A DNA stretch of 61,277 nucleotides, filler included, from Globobulimina sp. (Eukaryota): the NCBI GenBank assembly GCA_003354225.1. It is 8 parts of 8 records of this genome, joined end to end, with 100 filler letters (N's around TTAATTAATTAA, not from the genome) between each part and the next. Parts side by side here need not be neighbours in the genome. Positions count along the whole stretch, not along the records: positions 7,703 to 15,298 come from PIVH01000137.1; positions 15,399 to 22,988 come from PIVH01000138.1; positions 23,089 to 30,674 come from PIVH01000139.1; 5 more parts are not named here. One strand, 5' to 3'. Both the position numbers and the translations under genes were made by a program. Below, piece by piece: positions 13,801 to 23,183 of this stretch (positions within the stretch are counted from its first letter, which is position 1; every line of letters starts with the position of its first letter). The notes under the pieces are model-generated. The model was not told the origin of the DNA and made no database searches. It was given only the letters and a program-made list of their open reading frames with translations.

Positions 13801-14505
13801 ATTACAGCGGTATTATCCATTATTTGTACTCCATTTGTAACGGTAAATATGAATCATACTCATTTCACGTATTGTATTGAAATAAAAAAAGTAAATGCTA
13901 CTGAAAAATTTATAGCAAATAAAGGGAAAACACAGAAAATATCAACCATCCTTGCTCGAATATTATCGCCTTTATCTTCAAAACATATTCAAATATCACG
14001 GAATTCAGCGGTGAATGAAGCTGGTTTGGCATTACATGTTACACACTTTGCCGATGGCGATGTGAATATTAGTCAAATAAGAAAATTATATATGGAAAAA
14101 CAAGCGTTTTTAGAGAAGCAATTTGAACAACATTTCGGTTTAAATGGTGAATGTATGGTAATATTTAAGGGTATGGATGAGAATGGATTGATAAATGGAG
14201 GTAGCGAAAAATATAAAAAAAAAAAAAATATGGATTATTTACAGGAAGCAATGAATAGCGAGCGTATTGATGGCAATGTTGAATTACAGATAATTAAACC
14301 GCAACAAACTGCATTTAAGCGTGATGGAGATGGTGAGTCTGAACAAAATAATATAGCAGAAAAAGCAATGTTAATACAGGAAGAAGAAATTATTGATAAA
14401 AGCATGTCGATCGAATCAAAACAACTACATATAATTCAACAAATATTTAACGATAATTATGATGATCAAGATGATGATGATTCAGATTTTTCATTTCGTG
14501 TTTAA
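10856..14505 (+). CDS. Large cell-surface protein: Cys-rich repeats, Pro/Thr stalk, multi-pass membrane domain, acidic tail
   Basis: ORFs 10993-12018 (frame open from ~10856) and 12067-14505 joined by an intron (~12005 gtttgt to aaag 12064). About 7 hydrophobic segments follow the stalk. First exon not resolved. Confidence 0.75.
12463..12660 (+). repeat. Coding Pro/Thr (DPT/xPT) mucin-like repeats
   Basis: TSDPTSPSYRPTTTDPTSYPPTTT...DDPTSDPTHHPTKDPSVVPTQRPS. Confidence 0.85.
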
Positions 14506-14855
14506 CAGAGATATTCATTTTGTTACAAATATATCCATATGTTTTGTAGCTTTTTGTTGATTCTGTTTGTGTGTGTTTTTGTTGACTGTGTTTTATAATA
14601 TAAGATCATTGAAAACAATGACAATCCGAATAAATTGGTAGTAGTAGCAGTACTGCTGAAGTTTTAACGATATATTCCATTGGATAATAAATTTGTTCTG
14701 GATTTTCAAACCGGACCCAAGACAAAGTATAATTGAATAAAATAATATACTACTTATCGACCAGGGGGAGGGGTGTTATCTTTTGGAATATATCGTTCAT
14801 GGAAAGCAAAAACACACACAACATTATAAAAGAGCGTTATATATGACAGTCATAT

Positions 14856-15298
14856 TCATTGCATAGAAAATCTATTAATTTGTGATGTATCCTGATCCTC
14901 ATCCTGGTCCTCATCATGTTCAGGTAATGGTGTAAACATCTCTAATGAATCAGAATCCTCTTCATCTAAATCCTCATCTTGTTGGTCTTGTTGCTCACTC
15001 TTTTTATTGGCTTGCAATTGGTATTCTTGACTCTGATGTTGTTGTATCATTGCAGTCAAAGTATCAATCACTGGCATTTCTATAGCCGCTGGATCCGAAC
15101 CTGAACCTGAACCTGAATCATCATCGTCAGCTATAGGCGTATCAGGCGTATACGTCTCAACTGCCTCTAACATCGCTAGTATTTTCTGCTCTGTTGGCTT
15201 TGACGTATATTCAATGGTTCCCGTCCTATTCCTTTCATCGCCTGTATCAATGGGTGAATTGGCTACAAATTCCATGGCAGCGCTTCCAATTTCAGTGA
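14856..15298 (-). CDS. 3' end of an acidic low-complexity protein (5'-truncated)
   Basis: Open frame running to the contig edge, D/E/Q-rich, with an SGSGSGS linker. Confidence 0.5.
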
Positions 15299-15412
15299 NN
15301 NNNNNNNNNNNNNNNNNNNNNNNNNNNNNNNNNNNNNNNNNNTTAATTAATTAANNNNNNNNNNNNNNNNNNNNNNNNNNNNNNNNNNNNNNNNNNNNTT
15401 AGTAAAATGGAT

Positions 15413-15566
15413 TGTGGAGACTCTTCTGGTGGATATTACTTGTTTCGCTGAAGGAATGACTAAGCAATATAACGTTTCTAGTTTACTAAGTCTCAAGCAA
15501 CCACACTCAAACTTTTATATTTAACAATGGAATAAGTCACTAAGTCAGGGCACCGCATCTACATCA
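15413..15566 (-). repeat. 3' LTR (154 nt)
   Basis: Minus strand reads TGATGTAGA...GTCTCCACA (TG..CA), directly after the polypurine tract; homologous to 22600-22737. Confidence 0.85.
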
Positions 15567-15575
15567 CCCCTTTCT
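15567..15575 (-). promoter_or_regulatory. Polypurine tract
   Basis: AGAAAGGGG on the minus strand between the pol stop (15593) and the LTR TG. Confidence 0.8.
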
Positions 15576-15592
15576 AAAGATACAATAGTCAG

Positions 15593-18500
15593 TCAATTTG
15601 TTGATATCGTTTCTTCGTTAATCATATCGAGAAACATTTCACAATTCGGCCTATAATTAATCTGTAATATTGGATTATTAGCATACACAAAGAATAACCG
15701 GTTATAACACAGTGCCTTACGCAATGTGGTTAATTCTAATTTATGCGATTTATCATTCAATTTATCCGCAATATCATCAATATTATGTATCGAATATGTT
15801 AACAACACATCCATTGGACTCTCATTATCATCAATATGTGGCTTACAATACATGGTATCGGTCCAAAATGGATCGTAAATACCATCGATATCCTGGATTT
15901 TCAATGTTTTATCATCATTCAACGTATCAATCACTTTGTATGGACCCACATAATTGGCAATCAATGCTTTTTCACTTTTGTTCCAACTCTGGGACGCATT
16001 ATAACGTATTAAATCGCCTATTTTTATATTTGTATCATTTGTATTCTTATCATAGTATCGCTTCCGTATATTATCATAATGTTCCTGTTGCTGTATGGCT
16101 TTATCGCGTATCATGTGGACGCGCACTGCCATGTATTTTTTATATGATTCTGGTGATTTTGGATCGCATTTTATGGCTTTTATTTCGCGTGGATTTGTGC
16201 CAAATATTATATCGAATGGAGTATGGGCGGTCATTCTATTTATGGTCGTATTATATTTATATTGTATTATTGGCAAATAATGTGACCAATTATCACATTG
16301 ATAAGCTGCGCCGACTGCAAACTCCAAACCTAAATCATATGCCAACACCGCCAATCTCTCCTTTATCCACCTATGTAACCTTTCAATTTGCCCATTGCAC
16401 TCTGGATGGTAGGCAGTTATGTATTTTATTTTTGTTTTGTTTGTGTTTTGATAATGTTGGTATATTTTTGATAGAAATTGTGGTCCATTATCGGACAATA
16501 TGGTGTCTGGTGGGCCATATGTACAGTACCACTGTTCCAGCGCTCGTATAATCGTCACCGTCTCCGTATCCTTAACTGCCTGGATCATGCACATACGGCT
16601 GAATTTATCCAATATGGTCACGATGTACTTATATCCATCATCGGTGGTTGGTAATGGACCTACAATGTCCGTACTAATCTGTTCAAACGGGCGCGTTGCT
16701 GAGAATAAGTTAAGTTTACCGCGCTTCCGTTTGTGTACATTTTTTACTGCTTGACAGGAATCACAGGCTTTGCAGTATTTATTTATTTCGGCCTTCATCT
16801 TTGGCCACCAATAGTCGCTCAATATCAATGCATACATTTTGCCGCTGCCATTATGGACGATATCGTGGGCATTATTCATTATGGACTTTCGTAACACATT
16901 TGGCACCACAATATTGTACTTATTATCGTTATATTTATAATACAACAAACCCTTATCATTGCAGTGATATTTTCCATTTAGGACATAGCGGTATAGGTAG
17001 GTTGGGAGCGTACGTATTAAGTACGTGTTATTTGTCAATATATATTGGATTATTCCATAAATCCATGGATCGGACAATTGTTTTTGGAGCAGCAGCGATG
17101 GAGTTATGTCTTTCTGATAGTATCTATCCAATATCACAGATGGTATCGGATCTATTGTATCTATATTATATATCGGATTATTTGGTTTGTATGATAGGAT
17201 ATCATTATTTAATTCAAGCACTTTGCGCAATTTATCATCATATATCTTTCGTTTATTTGGATCGATTACATCTTCGATCATAGGGATTTCAATCAATTCT
17301 TGCTGCTGTACATGTTCATCTTGATTTGGCGCTAATTTTGCGCGCAATCTCAATGATCTCCGCAATTTCTGTGTTTTCTGTGTTTTTGTATTCTTATTTT
17401 GTGTTTTTGGTTTATTTGGTGTTTGTATTTGTAGTTTATGCTGTGTTTTATTTTTATTTCTATTCGTCACATACACACGCCACTCCTGCAGTTTTTCTAA
17501 ATGTAAAGATAAAAAGTTTGAGTCAAGGCTTTTATCAGTACCTTCTTCTGCCACCTCTTTCTTTTTAAAAGCATGGGCTCGTCGCCCGAGTCGTTGCATT
17601 CCTGCAACATCTATACCGTCCATAGTCGCCTCAACATCATCATCAGTCGACGATTGATCATAATCGTAATTGGCACCGGTTGTGGCGCTATATTGGCCAC
17701 CAACGTTATCATCCAATTTACATTCATGCGATTCGGGTGGCGAGCAATGTTGAATATGGTAATTGTGCGTGGCATGCGGTGCGGGGATCTGTTTATTCCG
17801 AGACGCTGCAATCTGTTTTAGCGGCGTTATGCTATCTGTCGATGAGTCGTCGCACATTGCATTATCAATGGATGATTCATCATCATTCATTACCGCATCG
17901 TAGAAGGAATTAAATGCAGCAGTCGTCGATTCCGCGTCGTTTAGATCATTTTCGCAAATATCAATGTCATTGGCAATGTTATGGGATTCGGGCAATGGAT
18001 GCGATGAATAAAATAATTCCGCATCATACGCATTTTCGCAGTGGCCATTGGTTATGATTTGGGAATGGAAGTGGGAGAGGTACAGAGCCTCTATGTCATG
18101 CGTATGTACCTTCCTTTGTACTCTATTCCCGTCCACAATAACCCCTTTTTGTATATCTCTATATAGACCATTGCGGGATAGATAATCCGCGATAACGTTT
18201 TCGTAGCCAGGCACATAACTGGCCGTAAAGTCATATTCTTGGAGTCGCACCGCCCAACGATAGAGCTTCCCAGCTCGAAAATTCTTGGCGCGGTTAAAGA
18301 GTTCCTGCAAATTTTTATGATCAGTATGTACATGGAAGTGGTTGCCAAGGAGCAAATAGCGCCACTTCTCAACCATGAAAACTACCGCAAAGACCTCCTG
18401 TTCGCTTATATGCCAGTTCTGCTGTGTTGGCGTAAACGATTTCGAGGCGAATTCAATGGGATGAAAGACGTTGGCGTCGTCGTATTGGCCGACTACGGCA

Positions 18501-20551
18501 CCAATGCCATTAATGCTGGCATCGCAAAACACGTGTATCGGACGTGCAGGATCGGGATGGATTAAAATGTCGGCATTTTGGATCAATAATTTTAGGGATT
18601 TGAAGGCGTTTTGGCGTATTTTAGTCATTTCATACGGGGTCCGGGCCTCTAATAATTTGTACAGTGGCTTTGCGATGTCATGCAAATCCGGTATGAATTT
18701 GTGTAGATAGGCCACCAGCCCCAGGAACGTCTGCATTTGTGCCTTATTACACGGCTCCGGCACGTTAAGTACCTTCTTTTTATATTTGTCTGTCGGCCGA
18801 TATCCATATTTATTCACATAGTAACCAAGGTATTCGGCCTCTTGCGCAGCAAATATACACTTATCAATACGGAGCTTAATATTATGGTTCCTCACGCGCT
18901 CAAACACCACCCTCAAATGCTCCAAATGCTCCTCAATGGTATCACTCAAAATGGCGATGTCATCAATATAGACAACAACATATGGCAAATCCGCAAATAT
19001 TCGCTGCATTACACGCTGGAACATCGCCGGCGCGTTCTTCAAACCCATTGGCATCACAGTCCATTGATACAATACGCCATCAAACTCGAAAGCGGTTAAT
19101 GGCTTAGTCTCGTCGTCCAATGGTATGTGCCAATAACCGGCCTTCATGTCCAGCGACGAAATATATTTTTTTGACCTAAAATGCTTTAATAGTTTGCGTA
19201 TATTAGGTATAGGGAATTTGTCCGGCTTTGTCAAATGATTTAAAGCACGAAAATCGAACACCAGCCGCACATCGCCGGTCTTCTTTGGTCGCGGGAATAG
19301 GCTCGAACGCCATGGACTGTTGCTCTCTTCGAGCCGCTTATCATGCAACAGATTGGCGATCTGTTTTTTTACATCGGGATAGTATTTATTATGGATATGA
19401 TACACTGGCATAGCTACAGGAGAGGCGTCAATGTCGTCGCGTAAATCAATATGGAACGCAACGTCTGGTATCTTCCCTATATCCGCTCCACTGCCTCCCT
19501 GCGATATACTGCCCGCATAAGTATCAATCAATGCCAGTATGGGATTACGCGCCGCCTCATCTTTTATAGTTATCTGGGATCGATCTATGTTGCCGTCAGT
19601 GTCCAATGGATACAATTCGCAGCTCATGTCGTCCAACCCATCACCGTAGCAATCCGGCGTAAATTTATGGATAAACTCACTGTCCATTCTCACCAACTTA
19701 TATCCCAGGACTCGCAACAACGATCTCCCCACCAAATAATCTATTGAATCTGGCAAATTATTCAGTACATAGAACTTGGATCGTATTATTTTATTATTAC
19801 ATTTGATTTGTACTGGCAAGTACTCGTAGACTGTCGTATAACCACTGCCAGTACGCACCTTCGTATGTCGTCTATCCTGCAATATATATTTTTTATGTTT
19901 TAGAGCAGTTATATGGTTTATACATTGTATATTGGAGCCTTCGTCAGCCACTGCACTGACTGTGCTCTCAAATGGTTTTATTATGTCAAAATTAATGGTA
20001 TTAACTGGGACATCAATGTTCGCAGTGTTTATGGTCTCCGTCGCGTATAATTCATGGAATCCACGCTCATATTCTGGATTGGAGCCATTTAAATGGAAAC
20101 TAGGATGGTCGCGTAGTACGTTTCGGACTGTAGCTATATCGTCAGATCCTTCTCGCGTATTACGTACAGTATTGGCTATGTGGTTGATATTGGTTTGGAG
20201 CATAGGCGACCGGCTATGGTCCATGTCACAGTCAAGAGATTGATTACATTCATCGTCAATGAGTTGAGTGGTTTGTGGCTGTCGGTATGTTGATATTTGA
20301 TGTGTTAACATCATAGTTTTGTGCTTGTTGTATTTAGGTTGGCTGTTTATCGCTGTTTGTGTGTGAGCTGAGGGCCTGGCTGTATTTGCGTGGTGTGCAG
20401 CGATATTAGGAGCAGGCTCAGCTATTTGTTTATTAGTTCGTGGCGTCGAAGAACCTGTCAATGGTCCGACTGGTCCGGGGGCGCTCACGTGTATTGTCCG
20501 CATTATTATTGGTATTTGGGGGTTGGTTTGGTGGCTGGACGTCGATACTAA
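15593..20551 (-). CDS. pol: Pol polyprotein (protease, RT, RNase H, integrase)
   Basis: AVADEGS/LVGRSLL (PR); LDMKAGYWHI, MPMGLKNAP, YIDDI (RT); CDAS, EQEVFAV, TDHKNL, ADYLSR (RH); H..H..C..C, TDIVGP, SDNGPQF, IERLH (IN). Frame is open from 20551, first ATG at 20503. Confidence 0.96.
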   Translation of the reverse strand, partial: LVSTSSHQTNPQIPIIMRTIHVSAPGPVGPLTGSSTPRTNKQIAEPAPNIAAHHANTARPSAHTQTAINSQPKYNKHKTMMLTHQISTYRQPQTTQLIDDECNQSLDCDMDHSRSPMLQTNINHIANTVRNTREGSDDIATVRNVLRDHPSFHLNGSNPEYERGFHELYATETINTANIDVPVNTINFDIIKPFESTVSAVADEGSNIQCINHITALKHKKYILQDRRHTKVRTGSGYTTVYEYLPVQIKCNNKIIRSKFYVLNNLPDSIDYLVGRSLLRVLGYKLVRMDSEFIHKFTPDCYGDGLDDMSCELYPLDTDGNIDRSQITIKDEAARNPILALIDTYAGSISQGGSGADIGKIPDVAFHIDLRDDIDASPVAMPVYHIHNKYYPDVKKQIANLLHDKRLEESNSPWRSSLFPRPKKTGDVRLVFDFRALNHLTKPDKFPIPNIRKLLKHFRSKKYISSLDMKAGYWHIPLDDETKPLTAFEFDGVLYQWTVMPMGLKNAPAMFQRVMQRIFADLPYVVVYIDDIAILSDTIEEHLEHLRVVFERVRNHNIKLRIDKCIFAAQEAEYLGYYVNKYGYRPTDKYKKKVLNVPEPCNKAQMQTFLGLVAYLHKFIPDLHDIAKPLYKLLEARTPYEMTKIRQNAFKSLKLLIQNADILIHPDPARPIHVFCDASINGIGAVVGQYDDANVFHPIEFASKSFTPTQQNWHISEQEVFAVVFMVEKWRYLLLGNHFHVHTDHKNLQELFNRAKNFRAGKLYRWAVRLQEYDFTASYVPGYENVIADYLSRNGLYRDIQKGVIVDGNRVQRKVHTHDIEALYLSHFHSQIITNGHCENAYDAELFYSSHPLPESHNIANDIDICENDLNDAESTTAAFNSFYDAVMNDDESSIDNAMCDDSSTDSITPLKQIAASRNKQIPAPHATHNYHIQHCSPPESHECKLDDNVGGQYSATTGANYDYDQSSTDDDVEATMDGIDVAGMQRLGRRAHAFKKKEVAEEGTDKSLDSNFLSLHLEKLQEWRVYVTNRNKNKTQHKLQIQTPNKPKTQNKNTKTQKTQKLRRSLRLRAKLAPNQDEHVQQQELIEIPMIEDVIDPNKRKIYDDKLRKVLELNNDILSYKPNNPIYNIDTIDPIPSVILDRYYQKDITPSLLLQKQLSDPWIYGIIQYILTNNTYLIRTLPTYLYRYVLNGKYHCNDKGLLYYKYNDNKYNIVVPNVLRKSIMNNAHDIVHNGSGKMYALILSDYWWPKMKAEINKYCKACDSCQAVKNVHKRKRGKLNLFSATRPFEQISTDIVGPLPTTDDGYKYIVTILDKFSRMCMIQAVKDTETVTIIRALEQWYCTYGPPDTILSDNGPQFLSKIYQHYQNTNKTKIKYITAYHPECNGQIERLHRWIKERLAVLAYDLGLEFAVGAAYQCDNWSHYLPIIQYKYNTTINRMTAHTPFDIIFGTNPREIKAIKCDPKSPESYKKYMAVRVHMIRDKAIQQQEHYDNIRKRYYDKNTNDTNIKIGDLIRYNASQSWNKSEKALIANYVGPYKVIDTLNDDKTLKIQDIDGIYDPFWTDTMYCKPHIDDNESPMDVLLTYSIHNIDDIADKLNDKSHKLELTTLRKALCYNRLFFVYANNPILQINYRPNCEMFLDMINEETISTN

Positions 20552-21866
20552 TCATGAAGTTGTGTCGCGTACTCTTATTTCGCTGCTCTTTCTGACGCTG
20601 TTGCTGCACTGCGCCGGTTTGAGTGGTTCGGATTTCATTGCCATCCACGGTCGTTTTTGCAGTGCAATCGCGTGCAAAATGGTTCTTGCGACCGCAGCGA
20701 TAACACGTATCGGTATTTTTATTCTTATTGGTGTTATTGTGGTTATTTGTGGGTCTTTCCAACGGGGTACCATTGCGATGGAATGATGCATAACAGTCCA
20801 CTTTATAATGTCCGACGTTACCACAGCGATAACATTGGATCTTTGATCGTTTGTAGTCCGTATTCCGTTGGTTGGTATCGGTACGTTGGCGCTTATGACC
20901 TGAGTACGAACCGCGACCTCTACCTCGACCTCGTCCACGATTTCTGTTCCAGCCACGGCCACCACCTCTGCCACGATAGTTATTTCTGCCACGATAGCCG
21001 CCCCGGCCACGTCCGCGATAATTCCCACGTCCTCGTCTATGATATCCACGACCTTTGCCGCGATATGACGTATCATTTGTATATGGAAATGCATTCGGAG
21101 TTGGATGGTTTGTTCGTTTATCGATACTAAATATGTCTGTATCGTGTTCATCATATACCACAAAGACGTAACGAGGATTATTCATTTCGCAGCGTGGCTG
21201 TAATTTCTCTGGTAATGCAAGGATAGCGGCGTCCATATCAGCTAAAGTTAATGGATTCGTTTTGGCGATCTCTCGGCGCGTAATGGAGTTTAATAAACCA
21301 TTATTACTGTACACGTTCGTATTATTATTCGTCACGAAGCATTTAGTCAATATTTGATACTTCTCACGGTCAGTAAGGTCTGGTATCTTTCTGTCATCGT
21401 TTGCATCATTGTCATACGGCTCATTTAAGACATCTATCATTTGCTCAATTTGCCGTAGACAGCATTTTATTTTGTCAAATACAGCAATCGGGTTCTCATT
21501 TCTTCGAATAACTATATTTTTAATCTTATCAATCAATGGATCGACACTTGCTGGCGGCGGATGGGTATGTTTAGCATAAGATGTTAATGTATCAAATGCA
21601 TATTCTTCGTAATTCCCATTTCGGCACCAATCAAGATATAGTTTTCTGTTCGATTTTGGAAACGTTTTCAAGACTTCCTTTACCAACATATCCTCCGGAT
21701 GTTCTGGATGGGCGTCCTGCCAATCATATACATCCAAGAGCCATCTGAATGTATCTAAACTGGATTTGATCCATGGTTTGACAAACTCGCCCATTTCATT
21801 TCGTAAATATAATAATTTGGCAAAGTTCTTATTGGCTTTATTTTCCTCATCGGAGTCATCGCCCAT
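20433..21866 (-). CDS. gag: Gag with RG/RGG-rich tract and two CCHC zinc knuckles
   Basis: CYRCGNVGHYKVDC and CYRCGRKNHFARDC; RGRGRGGYRGR tract; first ATG at 21866 (the track start at 21899 is GTG). Confidence 0.92.
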   Translation of the reverse strand: MGDDSDEENKANKNFAKLLYLRNEMGEFVKPWIKSSLDTFRWLLDVYDWQDAHPEHPEDMLVKEVLKTFPKSNRKLYLDWCRNGNYEEYAFDTLTSYAKHTHPPPASVDPLIDKIKNIVIRRNENPIAVFDKIKCCLRQIEQMIDVLNEPYDNDANDDRKIPDLTDREKYQILTKCFVTNNNTNVYSNNGLLNSITRREIAKTNPLTLADMDAAILALPEKLQPRCEMNNPRYVFVVYDEHDTDIFSIDKRTNHPTPNAFPYTNDTSYRGKGRGYHRRGRGNYRGRGRGGYRGRNNYRGRGGGRGWNRNRGRGRGRGRGSYSGHKRQRTDTNQRNTDYKRSKIQCYRCGNVGHYKVDCYASFHRNGTPLERPTNNHNNTNKNKNTDTCYRCGRKNHFARDCTAKTTVDGNEIRTTQTGAVQQQRQKEQRNKSTRHNFMISIDVQPPNQPPNTNNNADNTRERPRTSRTIDRFFDATN

Positions 21867-22585
21867 TCTATATATATGTGAATATTTATGATTACTCACT
21901 TTATTTCAAGCAATCTGTACATATTACACATGCTCATGATGCCCTATCTAGCATGGTACATTACATTGGCTCATTGGTAACGTTTGGATCATATTACTTA
22001 TTTTATTCGATTTTATCACTATGTCTCATGGTGGCAAGCTACGCCCAGCGTACTCCCACCTTTATTACTCGCGCACCAACCGGTGCTGGTTTATACCACA
22101 AGGGAATAGTACCCTGACATCAAACAAATCCTAGGGAATCGTACCCACCGTTAATGTTAACGGTATTGTTTGTGTGTACGTGTTGCTATCACGTTCGTGC
22201 ACGTTGTTTTATTTTGTGTTTTCAATGTTATTCGTTTCTCCATCATATATTTCTATTACTTTTATGATTTATTTTACATGTTGTACATGTATTTTATGCG
22301 CGTTTTAATTTATTTTGTTTATGGTTTACTTACGCAATCTCAAACTCGCTCTTCTTAAAAAAAAAAGAGAGGGCGTAGTATAGAAATAGATGAGGGTGGC
22401 CTACCGGCAGAGCTCTACTGTCTAGGTCTAGTTTAGTGTTGTTAGTTTTAAGCTGTATACAGTGACTTATGCATATATGCGATTGTGGGTACCCGTGATA
22501 TGTATTTACCTTATTTATCTTTATTTCTTTATTATAATTATTTCTCTTTACTGTAAGGCTGTCTTTCGTGGATAATTTCTAAACA

Positions 22586-22597
22586 CTTGACCCCCCA
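22586..22597 (-). promoter_or_regulatory. Candidate tRNA primer-binding site
   Basis: Minus strand TGGGGGGTCAAG, 2 nt after the LTR terminal CA. Complementary to a tRNA end TTGACCC-C-CCA; a C discriminator would fit eukaryotic tRNA-Pro (inference). Confidence 0.6.
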
Positions 22598-22599
22598 AT

Positions 22600-22737
22600 T
22601 GTGGAGACTCCTCTGGTAGTGTTGACTACTTTGTCGAGAGAATGACTGAATTAAGATAACGTTTCTAGGTTTCACTAAGTCTCAAGTAAGTCAATCAAAA
22701 CGTCACAAACAATGGTCAAGTCACAGGATCTACATCA
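22600..22737 (-). repeat. 5' LTR (138 nt), itself preceded by a PPT
   Basis: TGATGTAGA...GTCTCCACA; shares blocks (gaatgact, ataacgtttctag, actaagtctcaag) with 15413-15566 but has many substitutions and indels. Confidence 0.85.
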
Positions 22738-22988
22738 CCCCTTTCTTTAAAGCATACTAGTCAGTCATCAATCAATACGGTCTCTTCATTTATCATAGTC
22801 AGAAACGTTTCGCTATTCGGTTTATAATTAATTTGTAACATTGGATTGCATGCATATGCGAAGAATAATCGGTTATAGCACAATGCCTTACGCAATGTGG
22901 TTAATTCTAATTTATGCGATTTATCATTCAATTTATCCGCAATATCATCAATATTATGTATCGAATATGTTAACAACACATCCATTGG
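22738..22988 (-). mobile_element. 3' end (pol C-terminus + PPT) of a second, related Ty3/gypsy copy
   Basis: Encodes MDVLLTYSIHN...LRKALCYNRLFF like the pol tail. 22884-22988 matches 15713-15817 exactly, then the sequence diverges toward the LTR. Confidence 0.85.
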
Positions 22989-23183
22989 NNNNNNNNNNNN
23001 NNNNNNNNNNNNNNNNNNNNNNNNNNNNNNNNTTAATTAATTAANNNNNNNNNNNNNNNNNNNNNNNNNNNNNNNNNNNNNNNNNNNNAATCAAAACCAT
23101 TCGTCTTGCATTACAGACTGATCAATAAATTCAATCAAATGTCAAAACAACACAATACAATCAAACACGCAAAAAAAAAAATA

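Larger units (their letters stand above)
15413..22737 (-). mobile_element. Ty3/gypsy LTR retrotransposon with uninterrupted gag and pol
   Basis: LTR-PBS-gag-pol(PR-RT-RH-IN)-PPT-LTR order on the minus strand; integrase after RNase H defines Ty3/gypsy-type order. Confidence 0.95.

Noticed and set aside
15712-19747. Numerous plus-strand ORFs antisense to pol (likewise antisense ORFs within the BLTP1-like, kelch and HECT genes)
   Set aside because: Shadow ORFs with no motifs, opposite well-supported genes.
20552-21163. 203-aa ORF overlapping gag in the pol frame
   Set aside because: No recognisable motifs; explained as an off-frame shadow of the RG-rich gag codons.
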